In this document: piece by piece, positions 20,655 through 38,138 of the stretch
How positions within the stretch are numbered: position 1 is the first letter of the stretch
Layout: each line of letters opens with the position of its first letter
From: Escherichia phage W143
Strand: one strand, 5' to 3'
Sequence record: MZ189262.1
DNA length: 64,000 nucleotides
Translations under genes and position numbers: made by a program
The notes under the pieces: generated by a model
Told to the model about the DNA's origin: nothing
What the model saw: the letters and a program-made list of their open reading frames with translations, nothing else
Database searches by the model: none

Positions 20655-22459
20655 TGAAACAAAATATTAATATCGGTAATGTTGTTGATGATGGTACCGG
20701 TGACTACCTGCGTAAAGGTGGTATAAAAATAAATGAAAACTTTGATGAACTTTATTATGAACTTGGTGATGGAGATGTTCCATATTCAGCCGGTGCCTGG
20801 AAAACTTATGATGCTTCATCTGGACAAACACTAACGGCAGAATGGGGAAAATCATATGCCATTAATACTTCGTCTGGAAGAGTAACTCTACAACTTCCTA
20901 AAGGAACTGTTAATGATTACAACAAGGTAATTAGAGCTAGAGACGTATTCGCTACATGGAACATCAATCCAGTTACTTTAGTAGCTGCTTCCGGAGATAC
21001 AATTAAAGGGTCGTCATCGTCAGTTGAAATTAATATTCAATTTAGCGATTTAGAGCTCGTTTATTGCGCTCCAGGACGTTGGGAATATGTCAAAAATAAA
21101 CAAATTGACAAAATTATTAGTTCAGATATTAGTAATGTAGCTCGCAAAGAATTTTTAGTCGAAGTTCAAGGGCAAACAGACTTTTTAGATGTTTTCAATG
21201 GAACTAGTTATAATGTCAATAACATCAGAGTAAAACATCGTGGTAACGAATTGTATTACGGTGATGTATTTAGCGAAAATAGTGACTTTGGCTCTCCGGG
21301 CGAAAATGAAGGCGAATTAGTTCCTCTCGATGGATTTAATATTAGGCTAAGACAGCCATGTAATATTGGTGACACCGTTCAAATTGAAACATTTATGGAT
21401 GGTGTATCACAATGGAGAAGTTCATATACTAGACGCCAAATAAAAGTACTAGATTCAAAACTAACATCAAAGACTTCTTTAGAAGGAAGCATTTATGTTA
21501 CTGATTTATCGGCGATGAAATCAATTCCATTTTCTGCATTTGGATTAATTCCTGGTGAACCCATTAATCCTAACTCTCTTGAGGTTCGTTTTAATGGAAT
21601 TTTACAGCAGCAGGCTGGAACAGCTGGATATCCTCTGTTTTTGTGTGAAGGCGCTAATTCAGATACGCAAGAAGGATGTATATCTCTTGGTGGCGAATGG
21701 AAAGAATCAAACACCGATTATTCTATAGAATATGAAGACGGAAAACCTATCAGTCTTTTATTTGATAGAAAATTTGAATCCGGCGACATTATCGTTATAA
21801 CATGGTTCAATAATGATTTAGGAACTCTTTTAGAAAAAGATGACATTATTGAATTAACGGATGACCGTTATGTTAGCAAAGGATCATCTACCGAAGTTAC
21901 TGGTGATGTAGCCTTAACCGATTTTGATAAAATCGGTTGGCCAAATGTTGAAAAAGTTGATTCTTATACTAGAACGTATAATTCAATATCATCTATTTTC
22001 GATAGCATTTATCCTGTTGGTTCAATTTATGAAAATGCTATAAATCCAAATAATCCGGTGACTTATATGGGATTTGGTTCATGGAAATTATTTGGTAAAG
22101 GACAAGTTTTAGTAGGATGGAATGATGATGTTACGGATCCAAACTTTGCTTTAAACAATAATGATTTAGATTCTAGCGGAAATCCTTCACATACTGCCGG
22201 TGGAACAGTTGGAACAACAACGGTGACACTTGAAAACGCAAATCTTCCTGCAACTAAAACCGACGAAAGAGTTTTAATTGAAGACGAAAACGGATCAGTT
22301 ATTATTGGAGGTTGCCAATATGACCCAGATGAAACTGGTCCTATATATACAAAATATCGTGAAGACTACGCAACAACAAACTCTTCACATACTCCTCCTG
22401 CTAATATTAGTAATATTCAACCGTCTATTACTGTATACCGTTGGATAAGGATTGCATAA
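20654..22459 (+). CDS. 10: baseplate wedge / tail pin gp10
   Basis: 601 aa. Confidence 0.9.
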   Translation: MKQNINIGNVVDDGTGDYLRKGGIKINENFDELYYELGDGDVPYSAGAWKTYDASSGQTLTAEWGKSYAINTSSGRVTLQLPKGTVNDYNKVIRARDVFATWNINPVTLVAASGDTIKGSSSSVEINIQFSDLELVYCAPGRWEYVKNKQIDKIISSDISNVARKEFLVEVQGQTDFLDVFNGTSYNVNNIRVKHRGNELYYGDVFSENSDFGSPGENEGELVPLDGFNIRLRQPCNIGDTVQIETFMDGVSQWRSSYTRRQIKVLDSKLTSKTSLEGSIYVTDLSAMKSIPFSAFGLIPGEPINPNSLEVRFNGILQQQAGTAGYPLFLCEGANSDTQEGCISLGGEWKESNTDYSIEYEDGKPISLLFDRKFESGDIIVITWFNNDLGTLLEKDDIIELTDDRYVSKGSSTEVTGDVALTDFDKIGWPNVEKVDSYTRTYNSISSIFDSIYPVGSIYENAINPNNPVTYMGFGSWKLFGKGQVLVGWNDDVTDPNFALNNNDLDSSGNPSHTAGGTVGTTTVTLENANLPATKTDERVLIEDENGSVIIGGCQYDPDETGPIYTKYREDYATTNSSHTPPANISNIQPSITVYRWIRIA

Positions 22460-23118
22460 TGAGTTTACTTAATAATAAAGCGGGAGTTATTTCCCGCTTA
22501 GCAGATTTTCTTGGTTTTAGAACTAAGAAAAATGATATTTCGGTTATGAATAATCAGCCAGTAGGCGCTGTAACAATTTCACAAATAGCAAAAGGTTTTT
22601 ATGACCCAAATGTAGAATCTGCTATCAATGATGTTAGAAATATGGCAGAGCAACAAGTTGGAGCTGTATTAGTTAATATAAGCGGCGTATCTCCTACTGG
22701 CGTGCAGCAAACAGACTATTGGTCATTTGAAGGAACTGTTACTGATACTTCAGCCAAACCGGGTGACCCAGTTATTGTTAACATGTTTGGCATTCCTGTT
22801 AAAGCTACTAACGGAATGACTTCAATCGAATTTACCAGTGCCGTTAGAACAGCTCTGCAGGAAATGGTTGCAAAATTTATTGCAATTGATTCATTTGAAG
22901 ACCATCCTACCATAGGAAATAAAATACAAGTTAAGTATTTAGATAACCAAGAACATATCTTAGAACAATACTCTGATAAAGGAATTACTTTCAAACAAGA
23001 AATAATTTCTCCTTCTAAACCTGGATACGGAACTTGGCAATTATTAGGTGCGCAAACTGTTACGCTAGATAGTCACACACAACCTACAGTATTTTATTAT
23101 TTTGAGAGAATAGCATGA
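22459..23118 (+). CDS. 11: baseplate wedge / short tail fibre attachment gp11; start placed at ATG 22459
   Basis: 219 aa from [20 protein letters not shown]; TAATG overlap with gene 10 stop. Confidence 0.9.
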   Translation: MSLLNNKAGVISRLADFLGFRTKKNDISVMNNQPVGAVTISQIAKGFYDPNVESAINDVRNMAEQQVGAVLVNISGVSPTGVQQTDYWSFEGTVTDTSAKPGDPVIVNMFGIPVKATNGMTSIEFTSAVRTALQEMVAKFIAIDSFEDHPTIGNKIQVKYLDNQEHILEQYSDKGITFKQEIISPSKPGYGTWQLLGAQTVTLDSHTQPTVFYYFERIA

Positions 23119-24671
23119 GTAACAATACATATCAGCACGTATCAAATGAATCAAAATATGTTAAATTCGATCCAGTAGGATCGAATTTTCCTGACACTGT
23201 CACGACAGTGCAGTCTGCATTATCAAAAATAAGTAATATCGGTGTAAATGGTATTCCTGATGCAACTATGGAAGTTAAAGGAATAGCAATGATTGCGTCA
23301 GAGCAAGAGGTTTTAGATGGAACTAATAATTCTAAAATCGTTACACCAGCTACATTAGCAACAAGATTATTGTATCCAAACGCTACTGAAACTAAGTATG
23401 GTTTAACGCGCTATTCAACAAATGAAGAAACATTAGAAGGCTCAGATAATAATTCATCAATAACGCCGCAAAAACTGAAATACCATACTGACGATGTGTT
23501 CCAAAATAGATATTCGTCTGAGTCATCAAACGGGGTTATTAAAATATCATCAACACCTGCAGCTTTAGCTGGAGTTGATGATACTACGGCAATGACTCCA
23601 TTAAAAACGCAAAAACTTGCAATAAAATTAATTTCACAAATAGCTCCTTCCGAAGATACTGCATCAGAATCTGTGAGAGGTGTAGTTCAATTATCTACTG
23701 TTGCGCAAACTCGTCAAGGAACTCTCCGCGAAGGATATGCAATTTCTCCGTATACCTTTATGAATTCTATTGCAACACAAGAATATAAGGGTGTTATACG
23801 TTTAGGAACGCAATCGGAAATTAACAGTAATTTAGGAGATGTTGCAGTAACAGGTGAAACACTAAATGGTCGAGGAGCTACTGGTTCTATGCGTGGGGTG
23901 GTAAAATTAACGACGCAAGCCGGTATTGCCCCAGAGGGTGATAGCTCTGGAGCATTAGCATGGAACGCAGATGTAATTAATACTCGTGGTGGACAAACTA
24001 TTAATGGTTCTTTAAATTTAGACCATCTTACAGCAAACGGAATTTGGTCACGCGGCGGTATGTGGAAAAATGGCGATCAACCTGTTGCCACTGAAAGATA
24101 TGCGTCCGAAAGAGTTCCAGTTGGAACTATTATGATGTTTGCGGGTGATTCAGCACCTCCGGGTTGGATTATGTGCCACGGCGGAACCGTGTCAGGAGAT
24201 CAATATCCTGATTATAGAAACACAGTTGGAACAAGATTTGGTGGTGATTGGAATAACCCTGGCATTCCTGATATGCGAGGTCTTTTCGTCAGAGGAGCTG
24301 GCACGGGCGGTCATATTTTAAATCAACGAGGACAAGATGGCTATGGGAAGGATAGACTTGGTGTAGGATGCGACGGAATGCATGTTGGCGGTGTTCAGGC
24401 ACAACAAATGTCATACCATAAACACGCTGGTGCCTGGGGGGAAAATGGAAATAACAGAGGTTATGCACCGTTTGGCGCATCTAACCGCAGTGGATATTTA
24501 GGCAATGGTAAAAGCGCCGACTGGGACAACCATTTGTTCTTTACTAACGACGGATTTGAAATGGGTGGTGCTCGTGACTCGTTTGGCACGTTAAACCGTG
24601 AAGGATTAATTGGTTATGAAACTAGACCATGGAATATATCATTAAACTATATTATTAAAGTTCATTACTAA
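23115..24671 (+). CDS. 12: short tail fibre gp12
   Basis: 518 aa. Confidence 0.9.
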   Translation: MSNNTYQHVSNESKYVKFDPVGSNFPDTVTTVQSALSKISNIGVNGIPDATMEVKGIAMIASEQEVLDGTNNSKIVTPATLATRLLYPNATETKYGLTRYSTNEETLEGSDNNSSITPQKLKYHTDDVFQNRYSSESSNGVIKISSTPAALAGVDDTTAMTPLKTQKLAIKLISQIAPSEDTASESVRGVVQLSTVAQTRQGTLREGYAISPYTFMNSIATQEYKGVIRLGTQSEINSNLGDVAVTGETLNGRGATGSMRGVVKLTTQAGIAPEGDSSGALAWNADVINTRGGQTINGSLNLDHLTANGIWSRGGMWKNGDQPVATERYASERVPVGTIMMFAGDSAPPGWIMCHGGTVSGDQYPDYRNTVGTRFGGDWNNPGIPDMRGLFVRGAGTGGHILNQRGQDGYGKDRLGVGCDGMHVGGVQAQQMSYHKHAGAWGENGNNRGYAPFGASNRSGYLGNGKSADWDNHLFFTNDGFEMGGARDSFGTLNREGLIGYETRPWNISLNYIIKVHY

Positions 24672-24680
24672 GGATTACAA

Positions 24681-26138
24681 ATGATTGAATTAAAAGAGTT
24701 ACCTTTTGTTGATAGCGTTCCTGGCGAAGGCCAGGAACGTATTTCATGGATTAAAAATGGTGAAGAAATATTAGGAGCTAGTACTAAGTATGGAAATGAT
24801 GGATCAATGAATAGACCTACAGTTTCTGTACTAAGAAATGTTGAAGTTCTTGATAAAAACATTGGAATACTCAAAACATCTTTAGAATCCGCGAATAGTG
24901 ATATTAAAACAATTCAGGGCATCTTAGATGTATCTGGTGATATTGAAGCTTTGGCCCAAATAAGTATTAATAAAAAGGATATTTCTGACCTCAAAACGCT
25001 AACCAGTGAACATACAGAAATATTAAATGGAACTAATAGTACAGTTGACAGCATTCTTGCTGATATTGGTCCATTTAACTCCGAGGCCAACTCTGTATAC
25101 AGAACGATCAGAAATGATTTACTATGGATAAAGCGTGAACTTGGACAATACACGGGTCAAGATATTAATGGTCTTCCTGTTGTAGGAAATCCTAGCACAG
25201 GAATGAAGCATCGCATTATTAATAATACTGATGTCATTACTTCACAGGGAATACGTTTAAGCGAATTAGAAACAAAATTTATTGAATCTGACGTAGGTTC
25301 TTTGACTATTGAAGTTGGTAATCTTCGCGAAGAACTTGGACCTAAACCACCATCATTTTCACAAACCGTTTACAGTCGCTTAAATGAAATTGACACTAAA
25401 CAGACAACAGTTGAGTCTGACATTAGTGCTATTAAGACCTCAATAGGATATCCAGGAAATACTTCGATTATCGCGAATGTTAATACAAACACTGATAATA
25501 TTGCATCTATTAATTTAGAGCTAAATCAAAGTGGAGGTATTAAACAGCGTTTAACCGTTATTGAAACTTCCATTGGTTCAGATGATATTCCTTCGAGTAT
25601 TAAAGGCCAAATCAAAGATAACACAACTTCAATCGAAGCTCTAAATGGAATCGTCGGTGAAAACACTTCATCCGGTTTAAGAGCGAATGTTTCGTGGTTA
25701 AACCAAATTGTTGGAACTGATTCTAGCGGTGGACAACCTTCTCCTCCTGGGTCTCTTTTAAACCGAGTTTCTATAATTGAAACTTCTGTTTCAAGCTTGA
25801 ACAACGATGTTCAGAACCTACAAGTAGAGATTGGTAATAACAGCACAGGAATTAAAGGGCAAGTTGTAGCGTTAAATACTTTAGTAAATGGAACTAATCC
25901 AAACGGTTCAACTGTCGAAGAACGTGGATTAACCAATTCAATAAAAGCTAACGAAACCAACATTGCATCAGTTACACAAGAAGTGAATACAGCCAAAGGT
26001 AGTATATCTTCTCTGCAAGGTGATGTTCAAGCTCTACAAGAAGCAGGTTATATTCCTGAAGCTCCAAAAGATGGACAAGCTTACGTTCGTAAAGACGGCG
26101 AATGGGTACTACTTTCTACCTTTTTATCACCAGCATAA
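24681..26138 (+). CDS. wac: fibritin (whisker antigen control)
   Basis: 485 aa coiled-coil protein ending in the foldon [30 protein letters not shown]. Confidence 0.9.
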   Translation: MIELKELPFVDSVPGEGQERISWIKNGEEILGASTKYGNDGSMNRPTVSVLRNVEVLDKNIGILKTSLESANSDIKTIQGILDVSGDIEALAQISINKKDISDLKTLTSEHTEILNGTNSTVDSILADIGPFNSEANSVYRTIRNDLLWIKRELGQYTGQDINGLPVVGNPSTGMKHRIINNTDVITSQGIRLSELETKFIESDVGSLTIEVGNLREELGPKPPSFSQTVYSRLNEIDTKQTTVESDISAIKTSIGYPGNTSIIANVNTNTDNIASINLELNQSGGIKQRLTVIETSIGSDDIPSSIKGQIKDNTTSIEALNGIVGENTSSGLRANVSWLNQIVGTDSSGGQPSPPGSLLNRVSIIETSVSSLNNDVQNLQVEIGNNSTGIKGQVVALNTLVNGTNPNGSTVEERGLTNSIKANETNIASVTQEVNTAKGSISSLQGDVQALQEAGYIPEAPKDGQAYVRKDGEWVLLSTFLSPA

Positions 26139-26141
26139 CAT

Positions 26142-26157
26142 GGGGCCGCAAGGCCCC
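26142..26157 (+). terminator. GNRA-tetraloop hairpin (ggggcc-gcaa-ggcccc) after wac
   Basis: perfect 6-bp GC stem directly after the wac stop. Confidence 0.45.
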
Positions 26158-26170
26158 AAAGGATTTTTAA

Positions 26171-27872
<1,702 letters not shown>

Positions 27873-27913
27873 TAAATATTATAAACTAATTAAAGCCCAG
27901 ATTAGGAGAAATC

Positions 27914-31054
<3,141 letters not shown>

Positions 31055-31082
31055 TATTAAAGCATATTAAAGAGGATTAAAA

Positions 31083-33062
31083 ATGACTTTATTATCTCCG
31101 GGCATTGAGCTCAAAGAAACTACGGTTCAAAGCACCGTGGTTAATAACTCTACTGGTACAGCAGCTTTGGCCGGTAAATTCCAGTGGGGTCCTGCTTTTC
31201 AGATCAAACAGGTTACAAATGAAGTAGATTTAGTTAATACTTTCGGTCAACCTACAGCTGAAACTGCTGACTATTTTATGTCTGCAATGAATTTCTTACA
31301 ATATGGAAATGATTTGCGAGTTGTGCGTGCTGTCGATAGAGATACCGCTAAAAACTCATCTCCGATTGCTGGTAATATTGAATACACTATTTCTACCCCA
31401 GGTAGTAACTACGCGGTTGGAGATAAAATCACAGTTAAGTATGTTTCAGAAGACATTGAAACGGAAGGTAAAATTACCGAAGTAGATGCTGATGGAAAAA
31501 TTAAGAAAATTAATATTCCTACTGCAAAAATTATCGCTAAAGCGAAAGAAGTCGGTGAATATCCAGCATTAGGTTCTAACTGGACCGCGGAAATTTCTTC
31601 GTCTTCATCTGGTTTAGCTGCAGTAATAACTCTTGGAAAAATTATTACTGATTCTGGTATTTTATTAGCTGAAATTGAAAATGCCGAAGCTGCTATGACA
31701 GCGGTTGAATTTCAAACAAATCTCGAAAAATATGGAATTCCAGGAGTAGTAGCTCTTTATCCAGGCGAGTTGGGCGATAAAATCGAAATCGAAATCGTAT
31801 CTAAAGCTGACTACGCAAAAGGAGCTTCTGCATTACTCCCAATTTATCCAGGTGGCGGAACACGCGCATCTACTGCTAAGGCAGTGTTTGGATATGGACC
31901 ACAAACTGATTCACAATATGCTATTATAGTTCGCCGTAATGATGCTATTGTTCAAAGTATTGTTCTTTCAACAAAGCGTGGTGAAAAAGACATTTATGAC
32001 AGTAACATCTATATTGATGACTTTTTCGCAAAAGGCGGTTCAGAATATATTTTCGCAACTGCACAAAACTGGCCAGAAGGCTTCTCCGGAATTTTGACTC
32101 TGTCTGGTGGATTATCATCAAATGCTGAAGTAACAGCAGGAGATTTGATGGAAGCTTGGGACTTCTTTGCTGACCGTGAATCTGTTGACGTTCAGTTGTT
32201 TATTGCGGGTTCTTGTGCCGGTGAATCTTTAGAAACAGCATCTACTGTCCAAAAACACGTCGTTTCAATTGGGGATGCTCGTCAAGATTGCTTAGTATTA
32301 TGCTCACCACCACGTGAAACTGTAGTTGGAATTCCTGTAACTCGTGCTGTTGATAACTTAGTCAATTGGAGAACTGCAGCAGGTTCATACACCGATAATA
32401 ACTTTAATATCAGTTCAACCTACGCAGCAATTGATGGTAACTACAAGTATCAGTATGACAAATATAATGATGTGAATCGTTGGGTTCCATTAGCAGCTGA
32501 TATTGCCGGTTTATGTGCAAGAACCGATAACGTTTCTCAGACTTGGATGTCTCCAGCTGGTTATAATCGCGGCCAGATTCTTAACGTTATTAAACTTGCT
32601 ATTGAAACTCGCCAAGCTCAGCGCGACCGTTTATACCAAGAAGCTATCAACCCAGTAACTGGTACAGGTGGTGATGGTTACGTATTATATGGTGATAAAA
32701 CAGCTACTTCTGTTCCTTCTCCATTTGATCGTATTAACGTTCGTCGTCTGTTTAATATGTTGAAAACGAATATCGGACGTAGTTCAAAATATCGTTTGTT
32801 CGAATTAAACAACGCGTTTACTCGTTCATCATTCCGCACAGAAACTGCCCAATACTTACAGGGAATTAAAGCTCTCGGTGGAATTTATGAATATCGTGTA
32901 GTTTGCGATACAACAAATAACACTCCGTCAGTAATTGATAGAAATGAGTTTGTTGCAACATTCTACATTCAACCGGCGCGCAGTATAAATTATATTACTT
33001 TGAATTTCGTCGCAACTGCTACTGGTGCAGATTTCGATGAGTTAACTGGTCTTGCAGGTTAA
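31083..33062 (+). CDS. 18: tail sheath protein gp18
   Basis: 659 aa. Confidence 0.95.
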   Translation: MTLLSPGIELKETTVQSTVVNNSTGTAALAGKFQWGPAFQIKQVTNEVDLVNTFGQPTAETADYFMSAMNFLQYGNDLRVVRAVDRDTAKNSSPIAGNIEYTISTPGSNYAVGDKITVKYVSEDIETEGKITEVDADGKIKKINIPTAKIIAKAKEVGEYPALGSNWTAEISSSSSGLAAVITLGKIITDSGILLAEIENAEAAMTAVEFQTNLEKYGIPGVVALYPGELGDKIEIEIVSKADYAKGASALLPIYPGGGTRASTAKAVFGYGPQTDSQYAIIVRRNDAIVQSIVLSTKRGEKDIYDSNIYIDDFFAKGGSEYIFATAQNWPEGFSGILTLSGGLSSNAEVTAGDLMEAWDFFADRESVDVQLFIAGSCAGESLETASTVQKHVVSIGDARQDCLVLCSPPRETVVGIPVTRAVDNLVNWRTAAGSYTDNNFNISSTYAAIDGNYKYQYDKYNDVNRWVPLAADIAGLCARTDNVSQTWMSPAGYNRGQILNVIKLAIETRQAQRDRLYQEAINPVTGTGGDGYVLYGDKTATSVPSPFDRINVRRLFNMLKTNIGRSSKYRLFELNNAFTRSSFRTETAQYLQGIKALGGIYEYRVVCDTTNNTPSVIDRNEFVATFYIQPARSINYITLNFVATATGADFDELTGLAG

Positions 33063-33068
33063 TTGATA

Positions 33069-33084
33069 AGGGGCTTCGGCCCCT
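33069..33084 (+). terminator. UUCG-tetraloop hairpin (aggggc-ttcg-gcccct) after gene 18
   Basis: perfect GC stem with UUCG loop 7 nt after the gene 18 stop; no U-tract, so possibly an RNA stability element. Confidence 0.45.
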
Positions 33085-33100
33085 GTTCTCGAGGAATCAA

Positions 33101-33718
33101 GTGATTATTTCTAAATTCATTAAAGTAAAAATTGTACCATCAAATTTTAAACATTATCAGTCAAAGGGATATAAATTAACACCTCTTGGAGCGGTTAAAC
33201 ACGGATTTAAGTATTATGAAATTGATGTTAAAGTTGAAGACATTAAAGGTAGTACTGCGTATGTAAAATGTCGTTGCGATAAATGTGGAATTGAATATAA
33301 TCAACGCATTGGAAGAAACACTGATATTTGTTGTGATTGCCGTCATAAAGATAAAATGCATAATAATTCATATGGTTCAGCGAATAAAGGAAAAACCGTA
33401 GAATGTATGCATGGCGTAAATCATCCAAGATGGAACCCAAATAAATCTGAAATGCGTGAATATATTTCATCGGTATATAGAGAAACTCGTAAGCATAAGA
33501 AAATTTGGTCAAAATGGCCAAATGCTGATAAGATAGGAGTGTGTGGTACAGAAGGTGCTTACCAACTTGATCATAAGGTATCTATCAAATACGGTTTTGA
33601 TAATTTAATTCCTGCTAAAATAATTGGCGGTATTAATAATTTAGAAATAATCACTTGGGAATCTAACCGAGAAAAGTCAAAAAGAAATAGCGTAGATCTT
33701 TGGGATTTACTAGAATGA
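33101..33718 (+). CDS. HNH-family homing endonuclease-like protein inserted between genes 18 and 19 (GTG start)
   Basis: 205 aa; Cys cluster (CRCDKCG...CCDCRH) and C-terminal HNH-like motif (QLDHKVSIKYGF...NNLEIITWESNREK); GAGGA SD 5 nt before GTG. Confidence 0.5.
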   Translation: MIISKFIKVKIVPSNFKHYQSKGYKLTPLGAVKHGFKYYEIDVKVEDIKGSTAYVKCRCDKCGIEYNQRIGRNTDICCDCRHKDKMHNNSYGSANKGKTVECMHGVNHPRWNPNKSEMREYISSVYRETRKHKKIWSKWPNADKIGVCGTEGAYQLDHKVSIKYGFDNLIPAKIIGGINNLEIITWESNREKSKRNSVDLWDLLE

Positions 33719-33725
33719 TTCTAAA

Positions 33726-33743
33726 GGCCTGTTTCGGCAGGCC
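33726..33743 (+). terminator. hairpin ggcctg-tttcgg-caggcc downstream of the HNH gene
   Basis: 6-bp stem abutting the first gene 19 late promoter. Confidence 0.4.
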
Positions 33744-33744
33744 A

Positions 33745-33752
33745 TATAAATA
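33745..33752 (+). promoter_or_regulatory. late promoter TATAAATA (distal) for gene 19
   Basis: exact TATAAATA. Confidence 0.55.
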
Positions 33753-33803
33753 CACTATATCCTTAATTCTTTAATTCTATATGCCCTAGGTTAAACATAG
33801 GGA

Positions 33804-33811
33804 TATAAATA
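33804..33811 (+). promoter_or_regulatory. late promoter TATAAATA (proximal) for gene 19
   Basis: exact TATAAATA 15 nt upstream of ATG 33826. Confidence 0.6.
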
Positions 33812-33825
33812 CTACAGAGGCTAAT

Positions 33826-34317
33826 ATGTTTGTAGATGATGTAACACGAGCGTTTGAATCTGGTGATTTTGCTCGACCTAACTTATTCCAAGTAGAAATT
33901 TCTTATCTTGGACAAAATTTTACGTTTCAATGTAAAGCCACTGCTTTACCAGCTGGTATTGTAGAAAAAATTCCAGTCGGATTTATGAACCGTAAAATTA
34001 ACGTAGCAGGCGATCGTACATTCGATGACTGGACTATTACAGTAATGAATGATGAGGCGCATGATGCACGTCAGAAGTTTGTTGATTGGCAAAGCATTGC
34101 TGCTGGGCAAGGAAACGAAATTACTGGTGGAAAACCAGCAGAGTATAAAAAGAGTGCTATTGTACGCCAATATGCTCGTGACGCTAAAACTGTAACAAAA
34201 GAAGTCGAAATTAAAGGCCTGTGGCCTACTAACGTGGGTGAACTTCAGTTAGATTGGGATTCAAACAATGAAATCCAAACCTTTGAAGTAACTCTCGCTC
34301 TCGATTATTGGGAATAA
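33826..34317 (+). CDS. 19: tail tube protein gp19
   Basis: 163 aa. Confidence 0.9.
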   Translation: MFVDDVTRAFESGDFARPNLFQVEISYLGQNFTFQCKATALPAGIVEKIPVGFMNRKINVAGDRTFDDWTITVMNDEAHDARQKFVDWQSIAAGQGNEITGGKPAEYKKSAIVRQYARDAKTVTKEVEIKGLWPTNVGELQLDWDSNNEIQTFEVTLALDYWE

Positions 34318-34324
34318 AATGAAT

Positions 34325-34338
34325 GGGGAGAAATCCCC
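34325..34338 (+). terminator. GNRA-tetraloop hairpin (gggga-gaaa-tcccc) after gene 19
   Basis: perfect 5-bp stem with GAAA loop. Confidence 0.4.
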
Positions 34339-34349
34339 ATCCTGCTTAA

Positions 34350-35974
<1,625 letters not shown>

Positions 35975-35975
<1 letters not shown>

Positions 35976-36217
35976 TGGAAGGTTTAATTGAAGCTATTAA
36001 ATCAAACGACCTCGTAGCCGCTCGTAAATTATTTGCTGAAGCCATGGCTGCAAGAACGATTGATTTAATTAAAGAAGAAAAAATCGCTATCGCTCGTAAT
36101 TTCTTAATCGAAGGTGAAGAACCTGAAGACGAGGATGATGACGAAGATGGTGATGATAAAGACGACAAAAAAGACAAAGACTCTGACGAAGATGACGAAG
36201 ACGAGGATGATGAATAA
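35975..36217 (+). CDS. 67: prohead core protein gp67
   Basis: 80 aa with poly-acidic C-terminus ([30 protein letters not shown]). Confidence 0.85.
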
Positions 36218-36642
36218 TGCTTCTGATCCCTGAAACTCATGAATTAGTTCTCGAGAATGTCGAAGCACTTATTCCTGAAGCACAGGGTCGCTTTGACGAA
36301 TTGTCTTCTGCTTTAAATAAAGACGATATAAATACAATTGTCGAGAATATGCTTGATGATGAAACTGATTTAGCAGTTGCATTAGCTTCTATTAATGAAA
36401 ATATGCCGTTAAATGAATTCATTGTTAAGCATGTTTCAGCTCGTGGTGAAATTACACGTACTAAAGACCGCAAAACACGCGAACGTAATGCATTTCAAAC
36501 CACTGGGCTGTCTAAAGCAAAACGTAGACAAATTGCTCGCAAAGCTACCAAAACGAAGATTGCCAATCCAGCAGGTCAATCTCGTGCTCAGCGTAAGCGT
36601 AAAAAAGCTCTTAAACGCCGTAAAGCATTAGGATTAAGCTAA
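36217..36642 (+). CDS. 68: prohead core protein gp68
   Basis: 141 aa with basic C-terminus. Confidence 0.85.
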
Positions 36643-37280
36643 TGAATGAACCCCAATTACTAATTGAAACTTGGGGTCAACCTGGCGAAATTATTGATGG
36701 TGTGCCAATGCTCGAATCCCACGATGGAAAAGACTTAGGTTTAAAACCGGGTTTATACATCGAAGGAATATTCATGCAAGCAGAAGTCGTCAATAGAAAT
36801 AAACGTCTTTATCCAAAACGCATATTAGAAAAAGCGGTAAAAGACTATATTAATGAGCAAGTTTTAACTAAACAAGCTCTCGGAGAATTAAATCATCCTC
36901 CACGCGCTAATGTTGACCCGATGCAAGCCGCTATCATTATAGAAGATATGTGGTGGAAAGGAAATGACGTATACGGACGAGCTCGTGTTATTGAAGGTGA
37001 CCACGGTCCTGGAGATAAATTAGCAGCTAATATTCGTGCCGGATGGATTCCAGGAGTTTCTTCTCGTGGATTAGGTTCATTGACTGACACAAATAAAGGT
37101 TATCGTATCGTAAACGAAGGATTCAAATTAACTGTAGGTGTTGATGCAGTATGGGGTCCAAGTGCTCCAGATGCATGGGTAACTCCTAAGGAAATTACCG
37201 AATCACAGACGGCGGAAGCCGATACAAGTGCCGATGACGCCTATATGGCTCTCGCAGAGGCCATGAAAAAAGCGTTATAA
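36642..37280 (+). CDS. 21: prohead core scaffold and maturation protease gp21
   Basis: 212 aa. Confidence 0.9.
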   Translation: MNEPQLLIETWGQPGEIIDGVPMLESHDGKDLGLKPGLYIEGIFMQAEVVNRNKRLYPKRILEKAVKDYINEQVLTKQALGELNHPPRANVDPMQAAIIIEDMWWKGNDVYGRARVIEGDHGPGDKLAANIRAGWIPGVSSRGLGSLTDTNKGYRIVNEGFKLTVGVDAVWGPSAPDAWVTPKEITESQTAEADTSADDAYMALAEAMKKAL

Positions 37281-37283
37281 ATA
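37276..37283 (+). promoter_or_regulatory. late promoter TATAAATA for gene 22, overlapping the gene 21 stop
   Basis: exact TATAAATA ~28 nt upstream of ATG 37311. Confidence 0.6.
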
Positions 37284-37310
37284 TTATTATCTAAACAACA
37301 GGACTACAAA

Positions 37311-38120
37311 ATGCTTAAAGAACAACTGATTGCTGAAGCGCAAAAAATTGATGCTTCCGTTGCTCTTGATAGTATTTTCGAATCAGTTAATATTTCTCCG
37401 GAAGCAAAAGAAACTTTCGGCACTGTATTCGAAGCTACCGTCAAGCAGCACGCCGTTAAATTAGCTGAATCTCATATCGCTAAAATTGCTGAAAAAGCAG
37501 AAGAAGAAGTAGAAAAAAATAAAGAAGAAGCCGAAGAAAAAGCTGAGAAGAAAATCGCTGAGCAAGCTTCTAAATTCATCGACCATCTTGCGAAAGAATG
37601 GCTCGCTGAAAATAAATTAGCAGTTGATAAAGGCATCAAAGCCGAACTGTTTGAATCCATGCTTGGTGGATTAAAAGAGCTCTTTGTTGAACACAACGTT
37701 GTTGTTCCAGAAGAATCAGTTGATGTTGTGGCTGAAATGGAAGAAGAGCTGCAAGAACATAAAGAAGAATCAGCTCGTCTGTTTGAAGAACTCAATATGC
37801 GCGACGCATATATCAATTATGTGCAGCGTGAAGTGGCATTGAGCGAAAGTACTAAAGATCTGACTGAGTCTCAAAAAGAAAAAGTCTCTGCTCTGGTCGA
37901 AGGTATGGATTATTCAGATGAATTCTCAAATAAATTGAGTGCCATCGTAGAAATGGTGAAGAAGTCTAATAAAGATGAAAGCACTATTACTGAGGGTATA
38001 AATACTCCTGATACTGAAGCAGCCGGACTGAATTTCGTCACTGAAGCTGTAGAAGATAAAACTGCACCTGGTGCAGAAGATATTGTAAGTGTATATGCGA
38101 AAGTCGCATCTCGTTTCTAA
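37311..38120 (+). CDS. 22: major prohead scaffolding core protein gp22
   Basis: 269 aa acidic coiled-coil protein. Confidence 0.9.
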   Translation: MLKEQLIAEAQKIDASVALDSIFESVNISPEAKETFGTVFEATVKQHAVKLAESHIAKIAEKAEEEVEKNKEEAEEKAEKKIAEQASKFIDHLAKEWLAENKLAVDKGIKAELFESMLGGLKELFVEHNVVVPEESVDVVAEMEEELQEHKEESARLFEELNMRDAYINYVQREVALSESTKDLTESQKEKVSALVEGMDYSDEFSNKLSAIVEMVKKSNKDESTITEGINTPDTEAAGLNFVTEAVEDKTAPGAEDIVSVYAKVASRF

Positions 38121-38138
38121 TTTTAAAGGTTAACACAA

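Noticed and set aside
11343-25996. Numerous 60-110 aa minus-strand ORFs inside the plus-strand structural genes (e.g. 11343-11552, 13357-13575, 19073-19408, 22716-22994, 24289-24480, 25526-25804)
   Set aside because: All are antisense to long, T4-recognisable structural genes; expected by chance in AT-rich DNA.
37472-37816. 114-aa Ser-rich minus-strand ORF
   Set aside because: Antisense to the Glu/Lys-rich scaffold gene 22; no SD or promoter; mirror-image low-complexity artefact.
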